From IMG/VR virus record IMGVR_UViG_3300025133_000082: a stretch of DNA of 64,000 bases. One strand, given 5' to 3'. A model generated the notes under the pieces. The model did no database searches. It saw only the letters and a program-made list of their open reading frames with translations, and had not been told where the DNA came from. This DNA is from an uncultured virus (IMG/VR IMGVR_UViG_3300025133_000082) (lineage: Duplodnaviria; Heunggongvirae; Uroviricota; Caudoviricetes). Positions 1 to 8,355 of this stretch are shown here, piece after piece (within the stretch, counting starts at the first letter, position 1; every line of letters starts with the position of its first letter). The position numbers and the translations under genes are program-made.

Positions 1-145
1 TTTGAGCGCACCCCGAAGGGGGGGGTGGGGGGTCTGGCTTTTGAGCGCACCCCGAAGGGGGGGTGGGGGGGTCTGGCTTTTGAGCGCACCCCGAAGGGGG
101 GTGGGGGGTCTGGCTTTTGAGCGCACCCCGAAGGGGGGTGGGGGG
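1..145 (+). repeat. G-rich tandem repeat, about 37-40 bp unit, 3 full copies plus 1 partial (may continue left of the window)
   Basis: Unit TTTTGAGCGCACCCCGAAG(n)TG(n)TCTGGC repeated head to tail; copies differ only in G-run length; no unique spacers. Confidence 0.95.
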
Positions 146-231
146 CAACGATACAAATTTACCTCACCTCCCTCTAGGTGTATACCTTTTGTGACGACTC
201 CCCTCTCCCTTCCCTATAGGGGGTGGGGTTA

Positions 232-723
232 TTATAATTTAATCTTACCTTCCAGTAACCCGATCACCATACCCTGCGCGATTAATCTATCTAAGAATGC
301 TACACCTATCTCTACCCTGTTCTTCTCTAGGGGGTGGGGGGTGGTTAATTTTCTTAACTGTCTCTTCAAGTATTCGCCCTGCTCTATTGCGCGAAAGATC
401 TTCTGAACGATCTCTTCATGTGTATCTCCACCCGCCTGACCCGTCTCCTCCGCGCCCTGTAAGAAGTAGTATCTATCTAGGACTTCTCCTGAAGCTCTCA
501 GTAGGATAACGATCTCCCCTTCTATCCGCGATAGCGCGACCTCCCTCCCCCTCATCATACCTGCGCTCCCGATGGGGGTAAGCTCCCCAGAGGATGTGGG
601 GGTGGGGGTGGATTTAAAATTACTTGTCTCCAAAATATCGTGGGGTCGCATATTGACTCTCTTCTCTCTAGGGTATAGATTACTTGCGCCCCCTGTGGAA
701 CGTGGCATTGAGAACCCTTTCAC
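232..723 (-). CDS. hypothetical protein
   Basis: 163-aa ORF with natural helical composition in its C-terminal half; no recognised motif. Confidence 0.55.
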   Translation of the reverse strand: MKGFSMPRSTGGASNLYPREKRVNMRPHDILETSNFKSTPTPTSSGELTPIGSAGMMRGREVALSRIEGEIVILLRASGEVLDRYYFLQGAEETGQAGGDTHEEIVQKIFRAIEQGEYLKRQLRKLTTPHPLEKNRVEIGVAFLDRLIAQGMVIGLLEGKIKL

Positions 724-1494
724 TGATAGGGGGCAGATTTAAATCTCTTAGAGAAAAGTTGTTGAAAAGTCAATACTTACTGTTGGTTCTAGGGTCATCG
801 AGGTTCGCTCCTCACCCTTCCCTTAATACTGTGGCTACATGGGGGGTGGGTAAAGTTTTAGTAGAGCGCGAATTTGGGGGGTCTATGATGGTTGATCTCC
901 TCGACCTCCCCGAGCGATAGCTCCTTTTTGGGAGGGGGGTGGTTGTCAAAAACCGCAGTGATGAGCACGTTTTTGTTCAGTCAGAGGATCGATTCTAAGC
1001 ACTCCTCACCCTCCCTAGAATCCAATGGGTATTGGGTAGGGGGGTAAACTCTCGACAGAGAGGGAGGGGGGTGGCTTAAAAAAGATCCGAGCTTGAATTG
1101 TGGTGGAGCGATGGCATCTTTTTTTGAAGACCTAATTCTCCCAGATCGCCCCTCAGAACCTGAACACCTGATCAGGTAGGGAGGGGAGGGCGGAGTAAAA
1201 TTCATACTTCATATTTATGAATTAGTATTTATGAATTATTAATTAGTAAGTCTTAAAACACAAAAGGTGACGGATTATGTCACCTCCCTCCTCTGATCCC
1301 TAAAGCGGAACTCGCTTCCTACTTAATCCTCTGGGGATTCTTTTGGAGAACCTTCCTCTTCTACCCGCTCTGGGAACTTGAGTTGTTGGTCATGTGCTGT
1401 ATAATAATACGTCTCTGGGTCGTAACAGTCGTTACAGTAACGACTCTCGGTGATCAGTCCCTCCTCCTCGCGCTCCTCTGCGCTGGGTGAGTAA

Positions 1495-1914
1495 TTAAAA
1501 TCTCCAAAAACAATAATAAATTGAGAGATACTCGATGTGTCCGAAGAGCGCGATGATGACCTCTTTGGCCTTCTCCTCAGATGAGCATACGACCCACTCT
1601 CCCCTCTCCTCGATCCCCCATCCCTCGATGATCGTCACTACGCCCTCCTTGATGAAGAGCTTGTCTAAGACCTCCTCATCGCTCGATGCGTTTAGTGCCG
1701 AGATTGGAGCGTAGACGACCTCTTTATACTCCTCACCCGCTACGGGACTTGAGACTTTGTAGAAGCTACTCCTCTCGATTGTTGGAATATAACCGCGCTC
1801 CTGAAGAGAGAGAGCGCATACTGCGTCCCATGCAGGATTTTCATCGATGTAGTATCCCTCTGGGAGCGTGATCCAAGTATCCTGTACACTCCGTCTCACC
1901 TTATACTCAATCAT
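1495..1914 (-). CDS. hypothetical early-region protein
   Basis: 139 aa, overlaps the stop of the upstream gene in a packed minus-strand array. Confidence 0.7.
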   Translation of the reverse strand: MIEYKVRRSVQDTWITLPEGYYIDENPAWDAVCALSLQERGYIPTIERSSFYKVSSPVAGEEYKEVVYAPISALNASSDEEVLDKLFIKEGVVTIIEGWGIEERGEWVVCSSEEKAKEVIIALFGHIEYLSIYYCFWRF

Positions 1915-2263
1915 TTAACCACCCTCTCAGTGTGTTGTTGAGATCTGATCGGGTAGGAAACATCGTCAAGAGATGTCCATTCTTCAGAAGATGATAATTG
2001 TAGATCGTCTCCTCCCTGTCTTTCACCTCCACCGCGTACTCATCATCATCAGTTTGGGCGAGAGCATCAAGCATGATGTTTGTCTCCGCCACCTCACTCG
2101 CCTCCTCTTGGGTCGCGCCCCATCCCATCCATTTTAACCCACCCCCACAAACACGCACTCCTGCGCCCCACATAGCCTGATCACTGTCACTGCTTGGGTT
2201 AAAGTATTGCTCGTCTTGGAAAGAGAAGACGAGTCCAAAAGTTGTCGAAAAGTCGTTATTCAC
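1907..2263 (-). CDS. hypothetical protein (start revised to GTG at 2263)
   Basis: The ORF-track start at 2467 overlaps 2292..2552; GTG at 2263 follows AAGGA and removes the overlap. Confidence 0.6.
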   Translation of the reverse strand: MNNDFSTTFGLVFSFQDEQYFNPSSDSDQAMWGAGVRVCGGGLKWMGWGATQEEASEVAETNIMLDALAQTDDDEYAVEVKDREETIYNYHLLKNGHLLTMFPTRSDLNNTLRGWLND

Positions 2264-2291
2264 TGTTAAGATCCTTAGATTAAAAGGGTGA

Positions 2292-2552
2292 TTAAAAGGG
2301 GACTGTGGCGCAGTCAACGCGCTGAAGAAGAGAGGGAATCCGAGCGTTCCACTCAGGTTGAAGGAAGGAGGGGAGCCATTGGCCTGCCTCCTCAAGAGTT
2401 TGTGAGGATGCTGGGCAAGAGGAGTCGAAGTTACCTTCCTCATCGAGTCCACCAATCTCAGTGTCATCGAGGTGACGGGCGATTAGCCCAGCAAAGGTCA
2501 GAAAGATTACACCCCCACAGCAGGGACAATGTGTTGAGACACCAGTAAGCAT
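2292..2552 (-). CDS. small CxxC-containing protein
   Basis: GGAG upstream of ATG; CPCC, H and C residues suggest a zinc site. Confidence 0.65.
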   Translation of the reverse strand: MLTGVSTHCPCCGGVIFLTFAGLIARHLDDTEIGGLDEEGNFDSSCPASSQTLEEAGQWLPSFLQPEWNARIPSLLQRVDCATVPF

Positions 2553-2553
2553 T

Positions 2554-3015
2554 TTAAAATCTCCATGTGGGTAGGATGAGCTTCTCAGAGTAAGATGGTG
2601 ATCGAGAGGTCAAGTCGAGTGAGCGGGGGGTAGGGGAGCCAAACTTACTCCCGATGAAGAAGTCAATGATCTCTGCGCGGATATTCGCGCCAACGTATCT
2701 CCGAGAGGAGAACTCTGAGAAAGAGAATCTCCCCTCCTCCTCCATGACTGCGTAGAGTCCTTTAGAGATGCGAAGCATGAGATGTGAGCGACCGTTGGCC
2801 TGCTCCTCGTATGCCTTGCCGAGTCCCCAGAAGTGACCCGCAATGGCCTTGAGCGAGATGTAACTCCACTCCCCAAACACTCCTGTCGGAGACATGATCT
2901 CCTGAGAGGTGAGTGACCGTTGAGCGCGGATCGCGAGGCGGAAAGACTCAGCCCATGAGAGGCCGAAGCTCTTCTTGAGTTGGTGAGCGAGGCGGTTTAA
3001 TTCTTTGGTAATCAT
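2554..3015 (-). CDS. hypothetical early-region protein
   Basis: N-terminal AHQLKK..GLSWAESFRLA helix pattern seen in small phage early proteins; has its own promoter-like sequence upstream. Confidence 0.7.
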   Translation of the reverse strand: MITKELNRLAHQLKKSFGLSWAESFRLAIRAQRSLTSQEIMSPTGVFGEWSYISLKAIAGHFWGLGKAYEEQANGRSHLMLRISKGLYAVMEEEGRFSFSEFSSRRYVGANIRAEIIDFFIGSKFGSPTPRSLDLTSRSPSYSEKLILPTWRF

Positions 3016-3044
3016 CTTCTTGTCCCCTTGAGGTCGGTGTAATT

Positions 3045-3080
3045 CAGTATCTATCAGTAGAACACTGAAGGCAATAAAAA
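3045..3080 (-). promoter_or_regulatory. sigma70-like promoter
   Basis: Minus strand TTGCCT-17 nt-GATACT preceded by a T-tract. Confidence 0.5.
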
Positions 3081-3098
3081 GTGTTCATTTTACTTTTT

Positions 3099-3410
3099 TT
3101 ATTTTTGAACTGTTTCCTTAAATTGGGTCTTCACCCATTTAGTAGCTACTGCGGCACTCCGACAATTCGCTCTCATTGTGTGAGTGACTAAGGAGTAGGC
3201 GTAATACCTAAGACCCTTCATACTACCGAGGTTATAATTGACTATAGTAAACCCCGCGATTGTTTTTTCTCTGTTCTCGATCAAACAAATATTTTGTGGT
3301 CGTAACCCTCTTTGATCAAAAAGATCACAGAAATATCCCTCTTTGACTTGGGTTTTTATTTCTCCCCATTCGTCTGATTCAGATGTAATGTATCTTTGTT
3401 TAAGGTTCAT
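3099..3410 (-). CDS. hypothetical protein
   Basis: 103-aa ORF with A/G-rich leader. Confidence 0.7.
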   Translation of the reverse strand: MNLKQRYITSESDEWGEIKTQVKEGYFCDLFDQRGLRPQNICLIENREKTIAGFTIVNYNLGSMKGLRYYAYSLVTHTMRANCRSAAVATKWVKTQFKETVQK

Positions 3411-3443
3411 TTTTTGTCTCTTTCTTGCCCAGAGGGGTGAGGT

Positions 3444-3638
3444 CTATTTTAGATTTAGTATGCGCTGACGCGAGATCCCAGATTTGACGAGGAGGTTCAC
3501 GATGTCTTCTGCTCTCATCTGCGCTCCGACCCGTAGATAATTTGGAACTGCGGGATTTGAGGACGTTTTTTTACAGTCTCTATACTCTCGTACCAAGCTT
3601 TTTTGTTTTTTTGTGAGTCTTAGTAGGGTGTTACTCAT
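3444..3638 (-). CDS. small basic hypothetical protein
   Basis: 64 aa; leader has a GCTC-TTCG-GAGC hairpin. Confidence 0.6.
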   Translation of the reverse strand: MSNTLLRLTKKQKSLVREYRDCKKTSSNPAVPNYLRVGAQMRAEDIVNLLVKSGISRQRILNLK

Positions 3639-3739
3639 GATATTTCTTTCTTGCTCCGAAGAGCGGGTTCTGATTAATTACTGACTACATCTATAACGCA
3701 CTCAGAGTAGAAATGCGTACAAAGTTTTTTAGTTTATTT

Positions 3740-4228
3740 TCACAGAGCGTAAGCGACTCTTCGATCACTTCTGAAGAATCCGACACACTTGTCACTGTCC
3801 CAGCCACTAAGGCCGTACTCGCGCCCATCAAACGCGACAGCTTTAGGGAGTGACTTATATGTCTTATAGTCATCACAGGGAACAGTGAGGACTCCGACTC
3901 CACAGGGGAGAGTCTCATTAGAAATGATCTGGACAGCGTCCCCCATTGGGAGAACAATAGTCTTTGTATTCGCGAGGAGCCAGTCGAGTTCTTCATACAT
4001 CTCATCGAGATCTGATTTGAGAGAAAAGTAAGTCTCAAAATTGTTTTCAGAGAACGCGATTCGGAGGTCGCTCATCTTTCCTGAGAGTGAGAAGAGACGG
4101 GTTTGGATCTCCTCTGACCTGTGATGACTGCACTTCTTCTGAACCTCTGCACAAATCGCAGAAGTTCTTTGGAACACTTCTTCAGATCTTTTTAGGGTTT
4201 TTGTCTCTTCTGCGATATTAAATTTCAT
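3740..4228 (-). CDS. hypothetical protein (likely start ATG 4228, MKFNIAEE)
   Basis: Coiled-coil N-half; leader GAAAAGAGACAGAAAAATG resembles that of 3099..3410. Confidence 0.7.
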   Translation of the reverse strand: MKFNIAEETKTLKRSEEVFQRTSAICAEVQKKCSHHRSEEIQTRLFSLSGKMSDLRIAFSENNFETYFSLKSDLDEMYEELDWLLANTKTIVLPMGDAVQIISNETLPCGVGVLTVPCDDYKTYKSLPKAVAFDGREYGLSGWDSDKCVGFFRSDRRVAYAL

Positions 4229-4297
4229 TTTTCTGTCTCTTTTCTCCCCCGCAGGGGCTGTGTGTCTGGGGTGGTCTTTCTCGCTCACCCCAGAATC

Positions 4298-4333
4298 AAT
4301 CTATACTACTAGAACCCCCCAAACAATAAAAAA
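4298..4333 (-). promoter_or_regulatory. sigma70-like promoter for the leftward early genes
   Basis: Minus strand TTGTTT-17 nt-TAGATT preceded by a T-tract. Confidence 0.5.
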
Positions 4334-4810
4334 CGTGTATAAATTTTATATATATTTTTTATCGTTAAATTTTATACACATAGATCGAGGGTAGATCTCT
4401 CCCCAAATCTCCTCATGAGGCTGAGAGTATTCTCTGTATAAAGAGCGAAGCTCCCTAGACCCCCTTCTGGACTTGTCAAAAAACCCCCAAAAATGAAAAA
4501 TTGTTAACCCTTGGGATTATCAAAATCTCTATAGAGAAAGTACCAACGTAAGTATATGATTTTATTCATTTCACGTTTTTTGGCCCCCTGTTGAAAGACA
4601 CATCTTTTTAGCACCCCATTTTGGCCCCTTGAGGAACGGTGGAGGGCTGGTCAAAAAACACCATAACGCCCGTACCTAAGGAGATATTACCCAGATCCGC
4701 CCTCCGAGGATCAGAGACACCCAGAGCGGAGGCGTTTCTTCTCGTTTTTGACCCTGATTTTAGGCCCAAAAGGCACTTTTTGACCCCTTTTAGGTCAAAA
4801 TTCACCCCCC

Positions 4811-4840
4811 TTTATTATCGAACAATCGTTCGATAATAAA
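4811..4840. repeat. perfect 13-bp inverted repeat
   Basis: TTTATTATCGAAC-aatc-GTTCGATAATAAA in a non-coding region. Confidence 0.9.
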
Positions 4841-5072
4841 AAGCCTTATAAATCATGGACTTACGACCCTCTTTTGTCACCGATGGGGGTCATATTTTTA
4901 TTAACCCTCTGTATTAGATTTAACACTTGGTTTTATTTTAGTGTTTGATATTGGGTACTTACGTTAATGATATTCAATTATCACTAAGGAGAGATATTTT
5001 TAGAATTGTGTTGCATTTATGATGGGGGTGATCCAATCTCCTCTAATTACATTGCAGGGAGAGGACATTTAA

Positions 5073-5750
5073 ATGCGTATATGTATAGAGGGTAACATGG
5101 GAGTGGGTAAGTCTACTCTATGTTCTTATTTGTTAGGGGGATCTATTCACTTTGCGCCCGAACCGAAATTTGGTGGTTTTGGTTCTGGGTTTGGTATTGA
5201 GATTAAGTATTTACTAGAGAGGTATCGTCTTTGGCGCGAAATTTCAGATGTGCATACGGGGGAATCTCTACTGAAGGAGTATGTCCTCTATGACCGATCT
5301 TGTTGGTCTTCTGAGATCTTTTGGAGAGTCGGTACTTTCCTAGAGGATCTCTCTATGGATGAGTCTAAGCTCCTTCACGAGATTTGGGATACTCTTCGCC
5401 CGAATTGCTCACCACCAGATTGTATCGTTTATCTCGATGCGCCTGTTACCGCCTCCCTTGAGCGCGTTAGGCTGAGAGGTCTTGATGACGCAGAGGTCGA
5501 CATCGCATATCTCGCCCGAATGAAATCGGAGTATGAGATGTGGCTGATACACCAAGAATTGACGTATAAGACTCCTACCCTTAGATATGATGTCTCTCAA
5601 GACATGACGATCTCTGAACAACAACAATTCTCTCAGAGAGTCTTTAGAGATCTTAAAGAGATCTTTCCAGATATATATGACTCCTCTGTCCCGCCCCCAG
5701 AAGATAAAGGTGACTTTTCAACAACTTTTGAGGGTGAATCTCTTGGATAA
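5073..5750 (+). CDS. deoxynucleoside kinase (dNK family)
   Basis: IEGNMGVGKST P-loop, PEP, DRS motif, PDCIVYL and RVRLRG lid. Confidence 0.9.
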   Translation: MRICIEGNMGVGKSTLCSYLLGGSIHFAPEPKFGGFGSGFGIEIKYLLERYRLWREISDVHTGESLLKEYVLYDRSCWSSEIFWRVGTFLEDLSMDESKLLHEIWDTLRPNCSPPDCIVYLDAPVTASLERVRLRGLDDAEVDIAYLARMKSEYEMWLIHQELTYKTPTLRYDVSQDMTISEQQQFSQRVFRDLKEIFPDIYDSSVPPPEDKGDFSTTFEGESLG

Positions 5751-6057
5751 ACTCCGCAAGATTGCGCCTACGATTCTCTTTGGCGGATATGTATGCTTTA
5801 TCGGGTTTTACCTCTCCCTAGAAGCGTTCCTCTGCTCGATTCCTCTGGTGATCGGCACATGGGGTCATCTCTTTATCCCGAACACCGACCTCATCGTGTT
5901 TATCACTAACAACGAAGATCTAGGAAAGGTGTTTATCGCTGAGACGAAGAGTGACTATGATAACTACCATATCTATGAAGCGTTTATAACCGAAGAACAA
6001 ATCCTTGAGATGGCTAAGGAGATGGAGAATGAAGAAGACGAAGAAGATGAAGAGTAG
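5677..6057 (+). CDS. membrane protein with acidic tail (start may be GTG near 5734)
   Basis: Two hydrophobic segments followed by an E/D-rich C-terminus. Confidence 0.6.
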   Translation: MTPLSRPQKIKVTFQQLLRVNLLDKLRKIAPTILFGGYVCFIGFYLSLEAFLCSIPLVIGTWGHLFIPNTDLIVFITNNEDLGKVFIAETKSDYDNYHIYEAFITEEQILEMAKEMENEEDEEDEE

Positions 6058-6220
6058 ATTTAAGTACACAATTCATAATCTCATAGGACACCCTCTGATG
6101 GAAATTCTCCACCTTATGGGCCTACAGGTATTAAGTGAGTGGGCGCATGACGCTACGCTCCCCTCGGACATTGGAAACGAGTCTATAGAAGACGCAGGTG
6201 AACCTGACTCAAGAGTCTAG
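6005..6220 (+). CDS. small conserved-type phage protein (start probably ATG near 6047)
   Basis: HNLIGHPLMEIL...WAHDAT pattern typical of a small phage protein family. Confidence 0.6.
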   Translation: MRWLRRWRMKKTKKMKSRFKYTIHNLIGHPLMEILHLMGLQVLSEWAHDATLPSDIGNESIEDAGEPDSRV

Positions 6221-6643
6221 ACGAATTAAAGGGTATCCTCTCTCTTTTAACCAAGCGTTATAGAGTACAGAGTTTGGGTCTTTATAATCGTCTAGATAAT
6301 AAACTTTATCTATGCCCGATTGGATGATGTTCTTAAAACAATTCCAACAGGGTTTGGTCGTACAATATAAGACAGTGCCGTTTAACCTTGCCCCGATTTT
6401 CGAGGCATGATTGATCGCGTTTGTCTCCGCGTGAACGGTTCTGGTGCAGTGACCGTCAATGATATAACAACCAACATCAGTACAATGCTCTGCTGAAGGG
6501 AGACTCCCATTATATCCTGTGGAGATGATCGCTTTAGACTCTGGGTCTATGATTACCGCCCCCACCTTCTTACGATTACAGGTGGAGCGCGAAGCTACGA
6601 CCCTCGCGATCTCCATAAAATAATCATCCCAAGATTTCCTCAT
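6209..6643 (-). CDS. dCMP deaminase
   Basis: WDDYFM..A...RSTC...VGA, TGYNG, HAE and PCxxC zinc motifs. Confidence 0.95.
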   Translation of the reverse strand: MRKSWDDYFMEIARVVASRSTCNRKKVGAVIIDPESKAIISTGYNGSLPSAEHCTDVGCYIIDGHCTRTVHAETNAINHASKIGARLNGTVLYCTTKPCWNCFKNIIQSGIDKVYYLDDYKDPNSVLYNAWLKERGYPLIRLDS

Positions 6644-6903
6644 TCTGTGTGCCTTAAATCCGATTCATCAGGGAACTGGAAGGACACATTATAATAATGA
6701 GAGAGAGGTTCTACGTTGAAGTCGAACCACTCAATACCCATTACCTCTGCGTCTTCTTGTGATATACCATCGGTTTTAAACTGTTCTATAAAATAGGCGA
6801 CTACCTTCCACCCATCATACTGAATATCAGTTTCTGTCTCTTCGAGGATAAACTCGTCAAAATCACATTTTGGCTCTAGGTATATTTTCTCTTTCATCTT
6901 CAT
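6640..6903 (-). CDS. small acidic phage protein, paralog 1
   Basis: YLEP..FD....YD..K...EDA...EWFDFNV pattern shared with 7269..7529 and 7526..7852. Confidence 0.7.
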   Translation of the reverse strand: MKMKEKIYLEPKCDFDEFILEETETDIQYDGWKVVAYFIEQFKTDGISQEDAEVMGIEWFDFNVEPLSHYYNVSFQFPDESDLRHTE

Positions 6904-6910
6904 ACTCCGA

Positions 6911-7201
6911 TCAACGTCTTAAATATAAATTGTAATACTGGTCGTTCCGCTCTTTGACCTTTGCTCGATATTTAGGACAAGATCTGAGCTTTCTCATATT
7001 CTCTCTAGTCCGATCTCGATTCTTCTCCGCTTGTTCTTCAGGTGTAAATTTTAAAGGTTTATTGTGACGCTGATCAGCGACTCCTTTACACAGATTGTAA
7101 ACTTGATAGAGAGATATTGAGTAACCCTCATTTATCATCTGTCTCTGCACTTGGATACCTGTTAAACCTGACTTTTTTAATTCCCTAACTCGGAGTTTCA
7201 A
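6911..7201 (-). CDS. basic, putative HTH DNA-binding protein
   Basis: GLTGIQVQRQM...ISLYQVYNL helix-turn-helix-like N-terminus and basic tail. Confidence 0.5.
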   Translation of the reverse strand: MKLRVRELKKSGLTGIQVQRQMINEGYSISLYQVYNLCKGVADQRHNKPLKFTPEEQAEKNRDRTRENMRKLRSCPKYRAKVKERNDQYYNLYLRR

Positions 7202-7268
7202 AATATCCCCATCTCATCCATCCCCCAAATTATGATTATACTGAAGATAAATATTAGTATCCAAGGTG

Positions 7269-7529
7269 TCATACTCGAAAGTCCAAATCATCTTCAAACT
7301 CGACAGCGAGATCCCCCTGTAACGGCAGTACACGATGTTCTAACCACAGCACAGACTGACGTTTAATCTCATCTTCACTTAGAGGCGCATCACTCACTCC
7401 GTTGTCGTCTCTTAGTAATTGTCGATAACTCAGAATTAATTTCTCCATCGAGTAAATTAGGTTATCACCCTCTTCACTAAGAAGAGCGTTGTCATATAAG
7501 TCGCGAGGTTCTAGGTAGTCTTTCATCAA
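7269..7529 (-). CDS. small acidic phage protein, paralog 2
   Basis: YLEPRDLYDNALL...IYSMEKLI. Confidence 0.7.
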   Translation of the reverse strand: MMKDYLEPRDLYDNALLSEEGDNLIYSMEKLILSYRQLLRDDNGVSDAPLSEDEIKRQSVLWLEHRVLPLQGDLAVEFEDDLDFRV

Positions 7530-7852
7530 ATGTCCTTTTGGTTAAGAATTGTTCTTACAAGAGTAGTCGAATCTTCAGAGTCATCTATCTCTCCGAGATC
7601 TGAGATTAAGGATGATACGAAACCGTCAACATTGGTAATAAATCGAACAGGATTCTCTGTTTTCTTTAAGCGGTCTAACTCCTCTAGTGCTAGAGTGTAT
7701 GCGATGAAAGGGGTGGTTTTACCATTAAGATCATGAATCACCCCATCACTGAGGATCTTGATCACCTTTTCTTCATCATAAACCCCTACACCTTGATTAT
7801 CAACGACCAATAATGCGCTGTTGAACAACAATTCTGGTTTTAAAATTCTCAT
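7526..7852 (-). CDS. small acidic phage protein, paralog 3
   Basis: LKPELLFNSALL...VYDEEKVIKIL. Confidence 0.7.
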   Translation of the reverse strand: MRILKPELLFNSALLVVDNQGVGVYDEEKVIKILSDGVIHDLNGKTTPFIAYTLALEELDRLKKTENPVRFITNVDGFVSSLISDLGEIDDSEDSTTLVRTILNQKDI

Positions 7853-8349
7853 TTAATCTTCCACTCTTTCTTTATGTTGGAGGGTAAATCCTCAAGGTCG
7901 ATCATCGATATAAGATCACCCCGTCCGACTCTAGTATACGCTTTGTACAAAGAATTAATCGGATTATCTACCAAACACTCTAGGTCACATTTTTCTTTGC
8001 AAAAAGTTAATAATCCGAGACGATTAACGATAACCAAACCGCTTTGCTTCTCAAAAACTATGAAGTCAGCACCTGTTATTAACCACCCCTCATACCCTGC
8101 ATTGTTCTTAAATTCAACATAGGTATATCTGTCTTGAGTTACCATGCCCCTCTTTATAGATTTCATGGCCTTACAGTCTATTGACCATCTAGCCTTATCG
8201 ATCTCGACCCAGAAGTCCGTATGGAGATAATAGTCCTCATCTCTAGTCGAGGGAATGACAGTATAACCCCTCTCTCTAAAGACCTTAGAGGCTCTTATCT
8301 CAAAAGATCGACCTCTATCCCAACTCGCTCTATCGTATGGATAATCCAT
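7849..8349 (-). CDS. PD-(D/E)xK nuclease-family protein
   Basis: GRSFE...HTDFW...SIDCKA catalytic pattern, followed by VEFKN..G..GW. Confidence 0.75.
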   Translation of the reverse strand: MDYPYDRASWDRGRSFEIRASKVFRERGYTVIPSTRDEDYYLHTDFWVEIDKARWSIDCKAMKSIKRGMVTQDRYTYVEFKNNAGYEGWLITGADFIVFEKQSGLVIVNRLGLLTFCKEKCDLECLVDNPINSLYKAYTRVGRGDLISMIDLEDLPSNIKKEWKIK

Positions 8350-8355
8350 CTATAT

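Noticed and set aside
1..145. CRISPR array
   Set aside because: Repeats are contiguous with no unique spacers; ORF 2..406 is just a translation of the repeat.
4608..4836. ORFs 4608..4805 and 4639..4836
   Set aside because: Short, mutually antisense, and overlapping repeat elements of the non-coding region.
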